Source: an uncultured Ectothiorhodospiraceae bacterium
GTDB lineage: Bacteria; Pseudomonadota; Gammaproteobacteria; SZUA-152
Assembly: GCA_964401355.1 (NCBI GenBank)
Contig: CAYNYJ010000005.1
Location: 4,361-68,360 of the forward strand
Direction: 5' to 3'
DNA: 64,000 nt
Both the position numbers and the translations under genes were made by a program. This document shows, piece by piece, positions 8,077-18,604 of this stretch; position 1 is the first letter of the stretch, and each line of letters starts with the position of its first letter. The notes beneath the pieces are model-generated. The model was not told the DNA's origin, ran no database searches, and worked only from the letters and a program-made list of their open reading frames with translations.

Positions 8077-8634
8077 TTAACCCTTTATAAAATGCTCACG
8101 ATAATATTTCAGCTCATTTATGGAATCACGAGTATCATCCAGCGCCAGATGGCTGGAGTCCTTTTTAAAGCCTTTGGCGACATCGGGCGCCCAACGCATG
8201 GCCAGTTCTTTGAGGGTGCTGACGTCGAGGTTGCGGTACATAAAGAAGTCTTCCAGTTCGGGCATGCAACGTGCGAGAAAACGGCGATCCTGACAGATGC
8301 TGTTACCGCACATGGGTGATTTACCCTTGGGTACGTATTGTTGTAAAAAGGCGAGGGTCTGTTGCTCGGCCTCGGCCTCGGTGATGGTGCTCTCTTTCAC
8401 CCGTTTGGTGAGGCCGGAACCACCGTGTTGTTTGGTGTTCCACTCGTCCATGCCCGACATGATGTCATCGCTTTGATGAATGGCCAGCATCGGCCCTTCG
8501 ACGAGGATATTCAGCTCACTGTCGGTGATGATGGTGGCAATTTCTATAATGACGTCATTTTGGGTATCCAGACCGGTCATTTCCAGATCAATCCAGATCA
8601 GGTTTTTTTCATTGGGTTCCGGATTCGCGGACAT
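8077..8634 (-). CDS. orn: oligoribonuclease
   Basis: 185 aa. [11 protein letters not shown] and the DEDDh-exonuclease layout match Orn. Confidence 0.9.
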   Translation of the reverse strand: MSANPEPNEKNLIWIDLEMTGLDTQNDVIIEIATIITDSELNILVEGPMLAIHQSDDIMSGMDEWNTKQHGGSGLTKRVKESTITEAEAEQQTLAFLQQYVPKGKSPMCGNSICQDRRFLARCMPELEDFFMYRNLDVSTLKELAMRWAPDVAKGFKKDSSHLALDDTRDSINELKYYREHFIKG

Positions 8635-8825
8635 AAAAATCTCTCACACAGGATTATTGGGGTACGCTACAAACAATACCTGCCGATACTAACAGAGCAG
8701 TCAATAAAATATACTGAGCGCCCGCGCCACGGCGCATACTTGTTGACGGGCCTTTTGTTAACCGGCCATGTCAACTAAACTCTGGAGACAGGCCGCACTG
8801 AGCAGTCGCTGAATGGAAACACTTT

Positions 8826-9173
8826 ATGACGATTTTTGTGAAAAACATTTTTAAGACCACCATTTTTAAGACCACCATTGTTAAAAACTTGTTAATAGCT
8901 GCGGTTTTATTCATGACCGGCTTAACGACCCCCATATTGGCCGCCGACCGCGTCCCCGATGCTGAACAGGGCAAGGTGTTACACGAGAAGAATTGTATGG
9001 AATGCCACGACAATCGCCAGTACACGCGGCCCAATCGCATCATCCATACCTTTGAGGATCTGCATGCCCGGGTGGAGTTTTGCGACACTGCCTCAAATGC
9101 CGGCTTTTCCTTTAATGACATTGATGACGTGGTGGAATACCTCAACGTCAATTTTTATAAATTTATAAAGTAA
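8826..9173 (+). CDS. small monohaem c-type cytochrome (putative)
   Basis: Signal-like N-terminus and a single CMECH (CxxCH) haem-binding motif. The start codon is uncertain. Confidence 0.45.
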   Translation: MTIFVKNIFKTTIFKTTIVKNLLIAAVLFMTGLTTPILAADRVPDAEQGKVLHEKNCMECHDNRQYTRPNRIIHTFEDLHARVEFCDTASNAGFSFNDIDDVVEYLNVNFYKFIK

Positions 9174-9204
9174 ATCTAAACGAAATTTTCTAAAGGCAAT
9201 ACGC

Positions 9205-9546
9205 ATGTCAAAGCTCACCGAAAAATCCTGCAAACCCTGCGAAGGTGGGGTCAAGCCCCTCAGTGCCGATGAGGCACAATCGATGTTGGCGCAACTGAAC
9301 GGCTGGGAGCTCAACGCCGACAGCAAGCTTATCCATCAAACGTTTCGCTTCAAAAATTATTACCAAACCATGGCCTTTGTGAATGCCGTGGCCTGGATCG
9401 CGCATCAGGATGACCACCATCCCGACATGGAAGTGAGTTATAACCGCTGTCTGATTAACTTCAGCACTCACGCCATCGGCGGGCTTTCGGAAAATGATTT
9501 CATTTGTGCCGCCAAGATTGATGCCCTGTTGAAATCCGATGCCTAA
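9205..9546 (+). CDS. phhB: pterin-4a-carbinolamine dehydratase
   Basis: 113 aa. The HHPDM/EVSYN motif region is typical of the PCD/DCoH family. Confidence 0.8.
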   Translation: MSKLTEKSCKPCEGGVKPLSADEAQSMLAQLNGWELNADSKLIHQTFRFKNYYQTMAFVNAVAWIAHQDDHHPDMEVSYNRCLINFSTHAIGGLSENDFICAAKIDALLKSDA

Positions 9547-9712
9547 AATGGCATCACGCGTTTCTCATCCCTTTCGCAACATCCTCTTCACCACACTTCT
9601 CCTCACCAAGCAGGCATTATGAATCCGTATTTTCCGACTTGCCGTTATTTTTTCGGCACCCGTATTTTCCGCATCACTGATTTTCACTTCAAGCGTCCGT
9701 CCCAAAGCCACC

Positions 9713-10753
9713 ATGGCAAAACGTAAGCTGACTCGCCAACAGGCGTGGCGTGCAGAAAAGATCCAGGCCGAACGCCTGGCGCGCGCTCAAAGGAAAGTTG
9801 CTGTGGTCGAGTCCGCACTCGAAGGCAGTGAACTCGGCCCCGAGCGGGCGGGCCGTGTCATCACTCGCTACGGGGCGCAGGTTGAACTCGAAGATGCACA
9901 ACACCGCCGCTATCGCTGCCTGATGCGCCGCAACCTTCCCGCCCTGGTCTGTGGTGACCGGGTAGTGTGGCAGGCCGGACCGGACAATACCGGCGTGGTG
10001 GTGGCCATGGAGCCTCGCGACAGCCTGCTGGAACGTCCTGATGCCGACAATCAGCTGAAACCGGTGGCCGCCAATATCAATCAGATTCTGGTGGTCGCCG
10101 CGCCAGAACCCGTGCTGGATATCGATCTCATCAACCGCTATTTTGTCGCGGCAGAAATGACCGAGATCCAGCCGGTGCTGATCATCAACAAAATCGACCT
10201 GCTCAGCGAAAAGGCTTTTGCCAAACTTCAACGTCGTTTTCAGGCGTATCGAGATATCGGCTACCCCGTCATCTACGCCACCACCAAACACAGCGGCGGA
10301 TTGGACGACTTATTGGAACACCTGGTCGATAAAACCAGCATCTTCGTCGGCCAATCCGGGGTGGGAAAATCCTCGTTGATTCAGGTCTTGTTGCCCGATC
10401 TCGAATTACGCGTCAACACGCTCTCAGAAAGAAGCAAAGAAGGGCGACACACCACCACCACCACCCAGCTTTATCATTTCCCTGCCGGGGGCGAACTGGT
10501 CGATTCACCCGGCATTCGCGCCTTCCGTCTGGGACATGCCAGCATCCGGCAAATCACTGAAGGCTTTCGAGAATTTCACCCCTATATTGGGCAATGTCGC
10601 TTCAGTAATTGCCGGCACACCGTAGAACCCGACTGTGCATTGTTGGCCGCCGTGGCCGATGGAGAAATATCCACCGACCGCTTTGAGAGCTACCAACGCA
10701 TCATTACCACCACCGAAGATTTAGTGGATACACGCAACAAACAAAAGAAATAG
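9713..10753 (+). CDS. rsgA: ribosome small-subunit-dependent GTPase A
   Basis: 346 aa with a circularly permuted GTPase (GQSGVGKSSL) and a C-terminal zinc finger (CRFSNCRH). It is adjacent to orn, as in E. coli. Confidence 0.9.
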   Translation: MAKRKLTRQQAWRAEKIQAERLARAQRKVAVVESALEGSELGPERAGRVITRYGAQVELEDAQHRRYRCLMRRNLPALVCGDRVVWQAGPDNTGVVVAMEPRDSLLERPDADNQLKPVAANINQILVVAAPEPVLDIDLINRYFVAAEMTEIQPVLIINKIDLLSEKAFAKLQRRFQAYRDIGYPVIYATTKHSGGLDDLLEHLVDKTSIFVGQSGVGKSSLIQVLLPDLELRVNTLSERSKEGRHTTTTTQLYHFPAGGELVDSPGIRAFRLGHASIRQITEGFREFHPYIGQCRFSNCRHTVEPDCALLAAVADGEISTDRFESYQRIITTTEDLVDTRNKQKK

Positions 10754-10841
10754 CGCGTATCCTGTACCCAAGCGGCATTGAGACACCACGATACTTGTGA
10801 TGTGCATCACGCGGCACTGAAATGGATTTTAGTAAAATGAT

Positions 10842-11091
10842 CAGTGCTGCCCCGTTAACTCTTTGTTCGTCATGCTGGCGAAGGCCGGCATCCAGAAAGT
10901 CGTTGCACCACCAAAAGTAGGCGCTCTTAGGCGAAAGTAAGCGCTCTTAGGCGACCACTGAATTCCGACCTACGCCGGAATGACGGGAAGGGGTTGTCTA
11001 GGTTCATGTCTCCAATACTACTGAATGCGCTATACACCAAGTGTGCTGCCAGTTGCAGCAGAACAAGATCCAAGTTAACGGGACAGCACTG
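10842..11091. mobile_element. MITE-like repeat, copy A (TIR CAGTGCTGTCCCGTTAAC)
   Basis: A 250-bp element bounded by 18-bp terminal inverted repeats. It is about 90% identical to copy B at 13476-13726. Confidence 0.6.
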
Positions 11092-11137
11092 TAAAATGGG
11101 ATATACACACGAAAATAGCCACTGGGAAACTGTGAAG

Positions 11138-11866
11138 ATGCCGATGATCAAACATCAGGGAAAAAACATTATTGTCGCATTGGCCGTCAGCTTCACGCTG
11201 CTGCCTTGTGCCTTCGCGGCCAACATCGACAACGTCGGCAGCCTGTTACAGCCTGAATTTAAAGACCTCACCGCCGATCTGGGCGCAGCACTCAGCTACA
11301 AGGCGATTCGCCCTGCCGAACCCATGGGCAGCTTGGGCTTCGACATCGGCTTCGAAATCACCAGCACCAAAATGGAAAGCAACGCGCTGGAACTGGCCAC
11401 CTCGGGCAATGCCCCCAGCCAGCTGCTGGTTCCCAAGTTGCACATCAGCAAAGGCCTGCCGTTTGGTTTCGATATCGGTGCGTTTTACACTTCCGTGCCT
11501 TCCAGCAACATTGGCCTGATCGGCGGTGAACTCAGTTATGCCCTCTACGAGGGCGGCACCTTCAGCCCCGCCGTGTCCATTCGCGGCACCTTTTCGCGGC
11601 TCACTGGCGTGGATCAGCTGAACTTGACCACCAAGGGACTGGAACTCTCTATTTCCAAAGGTTTTGCCTTTTTCACACCCTACGCCGGCATCGGCCAAGT
11701 GTGGATCGACAGTGACACCAATACCGGGCTGGAAGACGAGAGCCTCACCAAAAGCAAATATTTTCTCGGGATTAACTTCAATCTAGGTTTGATTAATTTT
11801 GCCGCAGAAACGGAACAGACCGGCGATAACACCTCGACCAGCGCCAAAATCGGCGTCCGCTTTTAA
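11138..11866 (+). CDS. putative outer-membrane beta-barrel protein
   Basis: The ORF track starts at 10994, inside the MITE. The Met at 11138 gives signal peptide MPMIKHQGKNIIVALAVSFTLLPCAFA. The protein has alternating amphipathic strands and a C-terminal Phe. Confidence 0.55.
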   Translation: MPMIKHQGKNIIVALAVSFTLLPCAFAANIDNVGSLLQPEFKDLTADLGAALSYKAIRPAEPMGSLGFDIGFEITSTKMESNALELATSGNAPSQLLVPKLHISKGLPFGFDIGAFYTSVPSSNIGLIGGELSYALYEGGTFSPAVSIRGTFSRLTGVDQLNLTTKGLELSISKGFAFFTPYAGIGQVWIDSDTNTGLEDESLTKSKYFLGINFNLGLINFAAETEQTGDNTSTSAKIGVRF

Positions 11867-11922
11867 TCGCTATCGTTAAAAACTGTTGTTAATCGCTAAC
11901 AAACAACCCCAAGCGAAAGAAA

Positions 11923-12333
11923 CTACGCAAACTCATCAAGCCCGAATACTGCAACCAACTCCTCGCGGTGTTGCTGTGTCGCCACGCTGGTGTATTCTGC
12001 CACCGCCCGCTGCGCCGGAGTCAATACCGTATTCAATGCCGAACGCTGACTGTCCCGCCCCACAAGCCCCTCAGCCGCCAAACTAGCGCGCACGACATCT
12101 GTTGCAGACCTTCCCGCAAAGGTGACTTCACCCGCGCCTCGACGCGCCAACAACAAAGTACGTGACGTGTCATTGCTTGATCTGTCGCTTAGATTGGGAA
12201 TAGCGTTTGGAGCTTGCGGCTGGGCATTCTGCCCCGCGACCACATCTGCCGCCGCGCCTGAAGAAATCAGCGGTGCCTGGGTCACGGGAACCGTTACGGG
12301 ATAGGGCCGCACAGTGGAAGAAGCAATATACAT
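11923..12333 (-). CDS. hypothetical protein
   Basis: 136-aa Ala/Gln-rich ORF. I recognise no family. Confidence 0.3.
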   Translation of the reverse strand: MYIASSTVRPYPVTVPVTQAPLISSGAAADVVAGQNAQPQAPNAIPNLSDRSSNDTSRTLLLARRGAGEVTFAGRSATDVVRASLAAEGLVGRDSQRSALNTVLTPAQRAVAEYTSVATQQHREELVAVFGLDEFA

Positions 12334-12540
12334 GTAACTGATTTCGTCCTCTGATAATCAGAAATGGAGACTGCAACACATCATTTCAGGCTCGCCAAAT
12401 CCTGACAGGGCTTTACATTGAGCCGCTATGCACACATCAATTTATGCTGACTCTATTCGACATACATCTTGCGACAATTAAGCATCTTGCCGAGACAACG
12501 GCGATAAATATAGTATTGCGACACAAATATCATTTTCTAT

Positions 12541-12701
12541 AGGGCACCTCTAATAATTCTGGATGTGTCAGCTTGGGATTCAAAATTCGTCGATTCAAGG
12601 CGTGAAACGCAGGCAATAGCGAGCTATTGGCAAGTTTCACAACGCAGAAGCGGCGGATTTTTGGCTCAAGATGCGCATTCACGAATTATTAGAGGTGCCC
12701 T
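12541..12701. repeat. 161-bp element with perfect 19-bp terminal inverted repeats (AGGGCACCTCTAATAATTC) and nested internal palindromes
   Basis: The TIRs are at 12541-12559 and 12683-12701. The inner arms are gtgaaac...gtttcac. It is intergenic, 3' of the SEC-C gene. Confidence 0.5.
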
Positions 12702-12744
12702 ATTAGTCTTTCCACCCATTATCAACATAAAACAGATCGCCGAC

Positions 12745-13371
12745 TTAAAGAAACAATGATTCACCACTGGCAAGACGTTGGGACACGACGTACTGAAACT
12801 CTTTGGGCCCAAAAGCAAACCACTGTTGCTGACGCTCATAGATAAATGGACGCATGTTTTTAGTGGAATATTCATGATACCAGTCCAGCAACTTTTTGCT
12901 CGGGTCCTTACCCGCAGACACCAGCACATCCACCGGGCGGCCTGCCCAACTGACACGCCCCGATAAAACAATAATGCCGCTCTGACTCGGCTTCATCCAG
13001 TCAGGCAAATCACTTTCGGGTTCTGCCCAGCCACAAAAGAATATCCGGCAAGGATCCTCCGGACGAGTCTCGTGAATGGTGCAATTCTGCCCGGAACTAA
13101 AGGGACAGGGCTTATTCAGGTCGATGTCATGATCCAGAACGCGTGTCTTGACCCAACCGTCGCAACAGAGTGAGCAGTCGCCACAGGGGCGAGCCGGCTG
13201 AGTCGATGAAGGCTTGGGCTGGCGCGCGGGCCGGAGAGAATAACTGGCCTGCTGTGAGGCAGTGGCCGTGGCATTATTTTCCACGGCACTATTTGTCACA
13301 GCACCATGGCATTTTTTAAATTTTCTACCACTGCCACAAGGACAGGGGTCATTTCGACCAGGCTTCGTCAT
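12745..13371 (-). CDS. SEC-C motif plus CxxCxxCC (UPF0153/YkgJ-like) metal-binding protein
   Basis: N-terminal [15 protein letters not shown] (SEC-C) and a CGDCSLCC cysteine cluster. Confidence 0.55.
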   Translation of the reverse strand: MTKPGRNDPCPCGSGRKFKKCHGAVTNSAVENNATATASQQASYSLRPARQPKPSSTQPARPCGDCSLCCDGWVKTRVLDHDIDLNKPCPFSSGQNCTIHETRPEDPCRIFFCGWAEPESDLPDWMKPSQSGIIVLSGRVSWAGRPVDVLVSAGKDPSKKLLDWYHEYSTKNMRPFIYERQQQWFAFGPKEFQYVVSQRLASGESLFL

Positions 13372-13475
13372 AAGTTAAATACCGTCAAAAAAATCACCTC
13401 AGTAACACCCGATTAACCACAACCAACATCGTCAGTTTTTTAAAAATCCAGTATTCAGAGTTTTATCCGTGCAGT

Positions 13476-13726
13476 GCAGTGCTGTCCCGTTAACTCTTTG
13501 TTCGTCATGCTGGCGAAGGCCGGCATCCAGAAAGTCGTCGCACCACCAAAAGTAGGCGCTCTTAGGCGAAAGTAGGCACTCCCAGGCGACCACTGGATTC
13601 CGGCCTACGCCGGAATGACAGGAGGGGGTTGTCTAGGTTCATGTCTCCAATACTACTGAATGCGCTATACACCAAGTGTGCTGCCAGTCGCAGCAGAGCA
13701 AGATTCAAGTTAACGGGACAGCACTG
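13476..13726. mobile_element. MITE-like repeat, copy B
   Basis: Same TIRs and internal sequence as copy A. Confidence 0.6.
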
Positions 13727-13818
13727 TTATCCGTGTTAAAAAAATAAACTCCAGATTCCAGTTGGCCTCTGAAGCGTTATCCGCAGCCCTTGATCACGTT
13801 ATGACACGGCCACGTATT

Positions 13819-14751
13819 CTATGGGCTATTTCCCCAAAGTTCCTGCAGCTGACTCCCCAACAGTTCAAATTCATACGTACGTGGCGAGGTTTTACGCCAG
13901 AGCAGACCGATTGAACGCCACACCTTTTTTTCAAGAAAGGGTCTGACTGTGACCGATACATTAACCAGGATATGACTATCAATGGCCATTTTGGGTAACA
14001 ATGTGATTCCCATGCCGTTAGCGACCATCTGCACCAAGGTGTTTAAACTGGTCGCCTGATAAGAAACGGACAGTTCGTTGACATCGAGTTTGCAAGCCTC
14101 CAAAGCGTGATCACGCAGGCAATGATCATCTTTCAGCAACAATAAATCCTGGTTATTCAAATCGTCAAGCCGAAGAGGATGCGTTTCAGTCAGCGGATGA
14201 TTATTAGGGCACACCAGCAAAAAATCATCATAAAACAAATGGAGAGTGTCTGCACCTTGAGACGGATACGGCAACGCCAACAACAATACATCCAGCTCAC
14301 CATTATTGAGACATTCAATCAGTACCCTGCTAAGGTCCTCCCGGAGGGACAACTTGAAACCCGGATATGCATTACGCATTTTGCCCATCAGACTGGGCAG
14401 CAAATAAGGAGCAATGGTTGGGATGACGCCGAGGCGCAATTCATGACTGAAGGGCTCTTCAGAGACCTTGCACAATGAAACCAGGTCAGCGACCTGGGTC
14501 AGGATATCCTGGCTACAGCTAACAACTTCTTTGCCAAGACGTGTCAGATACACGCGTTTATTCGTGCGTTCCAGCAGTGAAACACCGAGATGTTCTTCCA
14601 GCTCATGCATCCCGGCACTCAACGCCGATTGTGAGATATAACAATCTCTGGCCGCTTGGCCGAAATGCTGCGTTTTCGCGATAGCGCAAAGATACTTGAG
14701 TTGTTTGAGTGTTGGCTGTGCGATCATCTTGAGTGTTAGCTGCGCGATCAT
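13819..14751 (-). CDS. LysR-family transcriptional regulator
   Basis: HTH region LKYLCAIAKTQHFGQAARDCYISQSALS and a LysR substrate-binding domain. A 24-bp tandem duplication creates two in-frame ATGs, at 14751 and 14727. It is divergent from the porin gene. Confidence 0.8.
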   Translation of the reverse strand: MIAQLTLKMIAQPTLKQLKYLCAIAKTQHFGQAARDCYISQSALSAGMHELEEHLGVSLLERTNKRVYLTRLGKEVVSCSQDILTQVADLVSLCKVSEEPFSHELRLGVIPTIAPYLLPSLMGKMRNAYPGFKLSLREDLSRVLIECLNNGELDVLLLALPYPSQGADTLHLFYDDFLLVCPNNHPLTETHPLRLDDLNNQDLLLLKDDHCLRDHALEACKLDVNELSVSYQATSLNTLVQMVANGMGITLLPKMAIDSHILVNVSVTVRPFLEKKVWRSIGLLWRKTSPRTYEFELLGSQLQELWGNSP

Positions 14752-14970
14752 CGTAAAAATCGATCAACGCTTTCTAAAAAATCCATTATACAGTTTGTGA
14801 CGATGTTGATAGTTTCATCCTGTTCGAAAATAGGACAGGATGCAATGTGAGGATTTATACCCCTTATAATCAATCAATTGCACGTACTTTTTAAAAAGTT
14901 TAATCGAATATTAATTTTTAGCTAAAATGTTATTTAAAATAAGAACCACCCACTCCAGGAGAGAAAATTT

Positions 14971-16035
14971 ATGAACAAAAAGCTTCTTGTGATTGCCATA
15001 GCTTCTGCTATCGCAGCACCACTAACCGCCCATGCCGCGACCGATCTGAAAATTTACGGAAGCGTCGGTGTTGCCGTCGAGTCTATTGATGTCGACACCG
15101 GAGGTGATGCCCTTGCGGTTAACAACAACCACTCAGCCCTCGGTTTTGAAGGTAGTACCGATATCAACTCTGATCTTGCCGCAGTATTTCATTGGGATGT
15201 CTTTGTAGATATTGATGCCGGCGGTGGTAACGCCGGAGGCAATTTAATCAATGGCGGTCGTGATGGCTGGGCTGGCCTACGCGGCGAGTTTGGTACCGTG
15301 GCACTGGGCTTTCAGGGACGTCCCTGGAAAACATTGTCTCATGGACTGGATCCTTTTCAAGGCACCATCGCAGATTATAGCTCGGTATTAGGTACCACCG
15401 GTGGTGCTTCCTACTTTGATGGTGGCATTGGTAATGCCATTATCTGGTTTGGCCCGAACATCAATGGTCTGAGCTGGCATCTCCAGTACGGAGCAGAAGA
15501 TGTTGCCAATGGCGCTAGCAATACTGGTGCACAAGTTAATTACAGTGCTGGCCCGCTGTTTGTCGGTGCCTCTTACGATGTCAATGAAGATACCGCCAAT
15601 TTGGCCACGACCGATGACGAAACCGCCATCAAGATTGTCGGCAGTTACAGTATGGACACGATCACCCTTACCGCTGCTTTTGAAACAATTAACAGCTCTG
15701 GTTTTGCCGACGGTGCTGACCGCGATGCCTACTGGCTGGCGGCAACCGTTGATTTGGGCGATGGCAGCATTCGGGCAGCCTATACCAGTGCCGACGACCT
15801 GAAAGGCACATCCAATACCGGTGCCAGCCAGGTATCCCTCGGTTACTTTGCCGATCTGTCAAAGAACGCCATGTGGTATGCGATCTATACATCCATCAGC
15901 AATGATGCCATGGGTAATTACGGCTTTGTTTCTGCACCACACACCTCCAGCCACGGCTTGGTTGCCAACACAGGTGACGACAGCAATGCGATTGCCGTGG
16001 GCTTCAAGTACAACTTTTCTTCAGATCTGATCTAA
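14971..16035 (+). CDS. Gram-negative porin
   Basis: 354 aa. Signal peptide MNKKLLVIAIASAIAAPLTAHA, a Gly/Asp-rich beta-barrel and a C-terminal aromatic-rich strand. Confidence 0.65.
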   Translation: MNKKLLVIAIASAIAAPLTAHAATDLKIYGSVGVAVESIDVDTGGDALAVNNNHSALGFEGSTDINSDLAAVFHWDVFVDIDAGGGNAGGNLINGGRDGWAGLRGEFGTVALGFQGRPWKTLSHGLDPFQGTIADYSSVLGTTGGASYFDGGIGNAIIWFGPNINGLSWHLQYGAEDVANGASNTGAQVNYSAGPLFVGASYDVNEDTANLATTDDETAIKIVGSYSMDTITLTAAFETINSSGFADGADRDAYWLAATVDLGDGSIRAAYTSADDLKGTSNTGASQVSLGYFADLSKNAMWYAIYTSISNDAMGNYGFVSAPHTSSHGLVANTGDDSNAIAVGFKYNFSSDLI

Positions 16036-16507
16036 AGAGAAACTGTCACCACCGTTGAGGGCCTTTGATTAAGTCTGAGCGAAAAGAGTGAGTTTCAAGA
16101 TAGTCAAACTCAGGATTTTCGCCCATGACTTAATCGGAGGCTTCTTAACATAAAGCTTCAACCCATCTAATCACTCACCTTGTAACGGGTATGCGATTAA
16201 AAAACGCCTGTACTCAATGTCAGCAGTCAACGTCAGCAGTCAAAAACAATCCATCACAACCCTTTCAACAACTTCAAACAAAGATGTCTTTTGATGTCAT
16301 GTCTATAATGGAAAATGGGTAGCCAACAAACGGTAACAGCTGTTTCAAAAGACATCGAGAAACGAAACTTATTCTCAGCGGGGTATCGTTACCCAGCGCA
16401 CAACTCAAATAACACACATTGAATTCGGGGACGACAGATTAGCCATTGTTTTTTTGTCACCGAGGCCATTCACATTCGTAACAATTCGCATTCGTAACAA
16501 AGAATAT

Positions 16508-17716
16508 TCAGAAAATGGCATCCTCAAGATGCCGTGCCTGTTTTAATCCCCTAACGCTCGACAAATTTTCCGCGCCTCGCAGATCAGCATCCCGGAAATT
16601 GGCTCCGCGAATGTCCGAACCCATAAAATCAACGCCCTTGAGGTTTGCCGCTTTGAGGTTTGCCGCCACCAGACGGGTTCTGACCATGATACTGTTCAAC
16701 AGGTTCGCGCCATCCAGTTTGGCATCGCTGAAATTCGTACCCGTGAAATCACCCCGGGCAAGCACAGCATCACGCAGATCTGCCCAAATAAAAGAAGCAT
16801 TCACCGCGGTCACTTGAAACAAATTGGCAGCGCGCAAATTGGCTCCAGTCAGATTCACTTCACTCATATTGGCACCCTGCAACAAGGCCCTTTTCAGATT
16901 CGCACCTTGCAGACGGGCATGAAACAGATTCGCGCCACGCAAATCGCATTCCACCAGACTGGCCTCATTCAACTGCACACTGTGCAACAAGGCCTCACTG
17001 AGAATCGCCCCATCCAGGTTTGCCCGCATCAAATTGGCCTTGGCCAGATCCGCCGAACGAAAATTGACCCCGCTCAAATCTGTCCCTTCCAGATTGGCGC
17101 CCCGCAAAATCCCGTTGCTCAAATCAGCACCCTGAAAGTTCACTTCGCGCAGGTCCAGCCCACTAAGATCAGTGGCCCCCAGATACACATTCACAAACTG
17201 CGCATCGTACAGAATGGCGCCCGTCAGTTTAATTCTCTGCACCCGTGAACGATTGAAAATCGCCCCCTGTAAATTGGCCCCGGACAAATCTGCACCATTG
17301 AGGTTGGCCCCGGTAAAATCCACACCGGTCAGATTGGCACCGATAAAATTCACCTCGCGTAAATCCGTGTCCATCATCAGAGCACCGGCCAGATTGGCAT
17401 AATCGAAACGCGCCAGGCGCAGATTGGCCTGTTGAAAATCCACATTGACAAGATAAGCGCGGGTGAAGATGCTGCGCTGGAAATTGAACTTGCGTAATTC
17501 GAGGTCCGACAAGTTCTTTTTAGCAAAACTGACAACATTGCTTTTGCCCCGGCCCGCAAGTATCCGCACCAACTCCAGGCGCGACATGGGCTTTTCAAAC
17601 TGGGCGGTATTTTGCGATTTGGGGTTACTGCTGCAACTCGACATCACCATCGCCACCCACATTGCCAAGGACAAGATGACAAGGGTTCGTATGTTTCGAG
17701 ACTTCAGTATACCCAT
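16508..17716 (-). CDS. pentapeptide-repeat lipoprotein
   Basis: Lipobox MVMSSC followed by about 60 A(N/D)LxG pentapeptide repeats. Confidence 0.7.
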   Translation of the reverse strand: MGILKSRNIRTLVILSLAMWVAMVMSSCSSNPKSQNTAQFEKPMSRLELVRILAGRGKSNVVSFAKKNLSDLELRKFNFQRSIFTRAYLVNVDFQQANLRLARFDYANLAGALMMDTDLREVNFIGANLTGVDFTGANLNGADLSGANLQGAIFNRSRVQRIKLTGAILYDAQFVNVYLGATDLSGLDLREVNFQGADLSNGILRGANLEGTDLSGVNFRSADLAKANLMRANLDGAILSEALLHSVQLNEASLVECDLRGANLFHARLQGANLKRALLQGANMSEVNLTGANLRAANLFQVTAVNASFIWADLRDAVLARGDFTGTNFSDAKLDGANLLNSIMVRTRLVAANLKAANLKGVDFMGSDIRGANFRDADLRGAENLSSVRGLKQARHLEDAIF

Positions 17717-17905
17717 TAAACACCCTATTAAACGACCCGTTAAACGATCTATTGCATGGCTATGAACAACCTGTATTGAACCCCCCTGGTTTATTCATTA
17801 CCTGTGCTCTAACAATTATTTACCACTGCTTTTGCCGCAAACCACCGTCAACGGCAAACACTGCCCAGGCAGTGTCATCATCCCAGTCGGCATCCCCGGC
17901 TGGCG

Positions 17906-18604
17906 CTAGCGGATCTTCTTCCAGGTCACTTTATCCCGCAAGTACACCGGCAAGGCCTGTTCCGCACTCACTGCCTGTCCACCCTCAAACCCCGCCACAC
18001 CGAGCTGCGCGACATCACGGGCACGGGGGAAACGCGTGCCATCCCATGTTGCAAGCAAACCGCCGCAGCGCTCCGTTAAAACAGCTTCGTAAGCCGCCCA
18101 GCCTGCGCCCACGCCCTGCCAGCTATTTTCTCGTGGCGAGTCTTGTGGCGGAAAGCCCGACGGCAACGGCACCTCGGCGGGGGCCGAAACACATTCCTCG
18201 CCAAGCAACTCCATTAACCCGGCGGCATTACGCTGATAAGCGCCCCAGTAAACCTCGTCCATGCGCGCATCCAGTGCGGTCAACACTCGATCCCCATCAG
18301 CACCCTGCGCCAGGGCCGCCAGCGTCGATACCGGCAGCACCGGCAAATCTGCCGCAAAGGCGATGCCCTGAGTCACACCCACCGCGATACGCACTCCGGT
18401 GAAGGCGCCGGGGCCGCGACCAAAGGCCATGGCGTCCAACTGCGAAACAACAATACCCGCCTCCACCATGAGTTCGTCAACCATCGGCAGAATAAGTTCC
18501 GTATGGGCACGGGGTGCCAGCGCGTAACGCTCCCGTATTTCGCCGTCGATAGACAGCGCGGCCGAACAGGCATCCGTGGCGGTTTCAATAGCCAGCAGTT
18601 TCAT
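17906..18604 (-). CDS. tsaB: tRNA threonylcarbamoyladenosine biosynthesis protein TsaB
   Basis: MKLLAIETATDACSAAL; YeaZ family. It is adjacent to yoaA, as in E. coli. Confidence 0.85.
   Translation of the reverse strand: MKLLAIETATDACSAALSIDGEIRERYALAPRAHTELILPMVDELMVEAGIVVSQLDAMAFGRGPGAFTGVRIAVGVTQGIAFAADLPVLPVSTLAALAQGADGDRVLTALDARMDEVYWGAYQRNAAGLMELLGEECVSAPAEVPLPSGFPPQDSPRENSWQGVGAGWAAYEAVLTERCGGLLATWDGTRFPRARDVAQLGVAGFEGGQAVSAEQALPVYLRDKVTWKKIR

Noticed and set aside
10994-11137. N-terminal extension of the outer-membrane protein ORF
   Set aside because: The extension lies inside MITE copy A. A clean signal peptide begins at the internal Met at 11138.
12340-12540. Repeated ttgcgaca motifs suggesting a regulator binding site
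   Set aside because: There are only two or three imperfect occurrences with no dyad symmetry, which is too weak to call.
17752-18402. 216-aa plus-strand ORF
   Set aside because: Antisense to tsaB, and Pro/Arg/Ala-rich with no start context.
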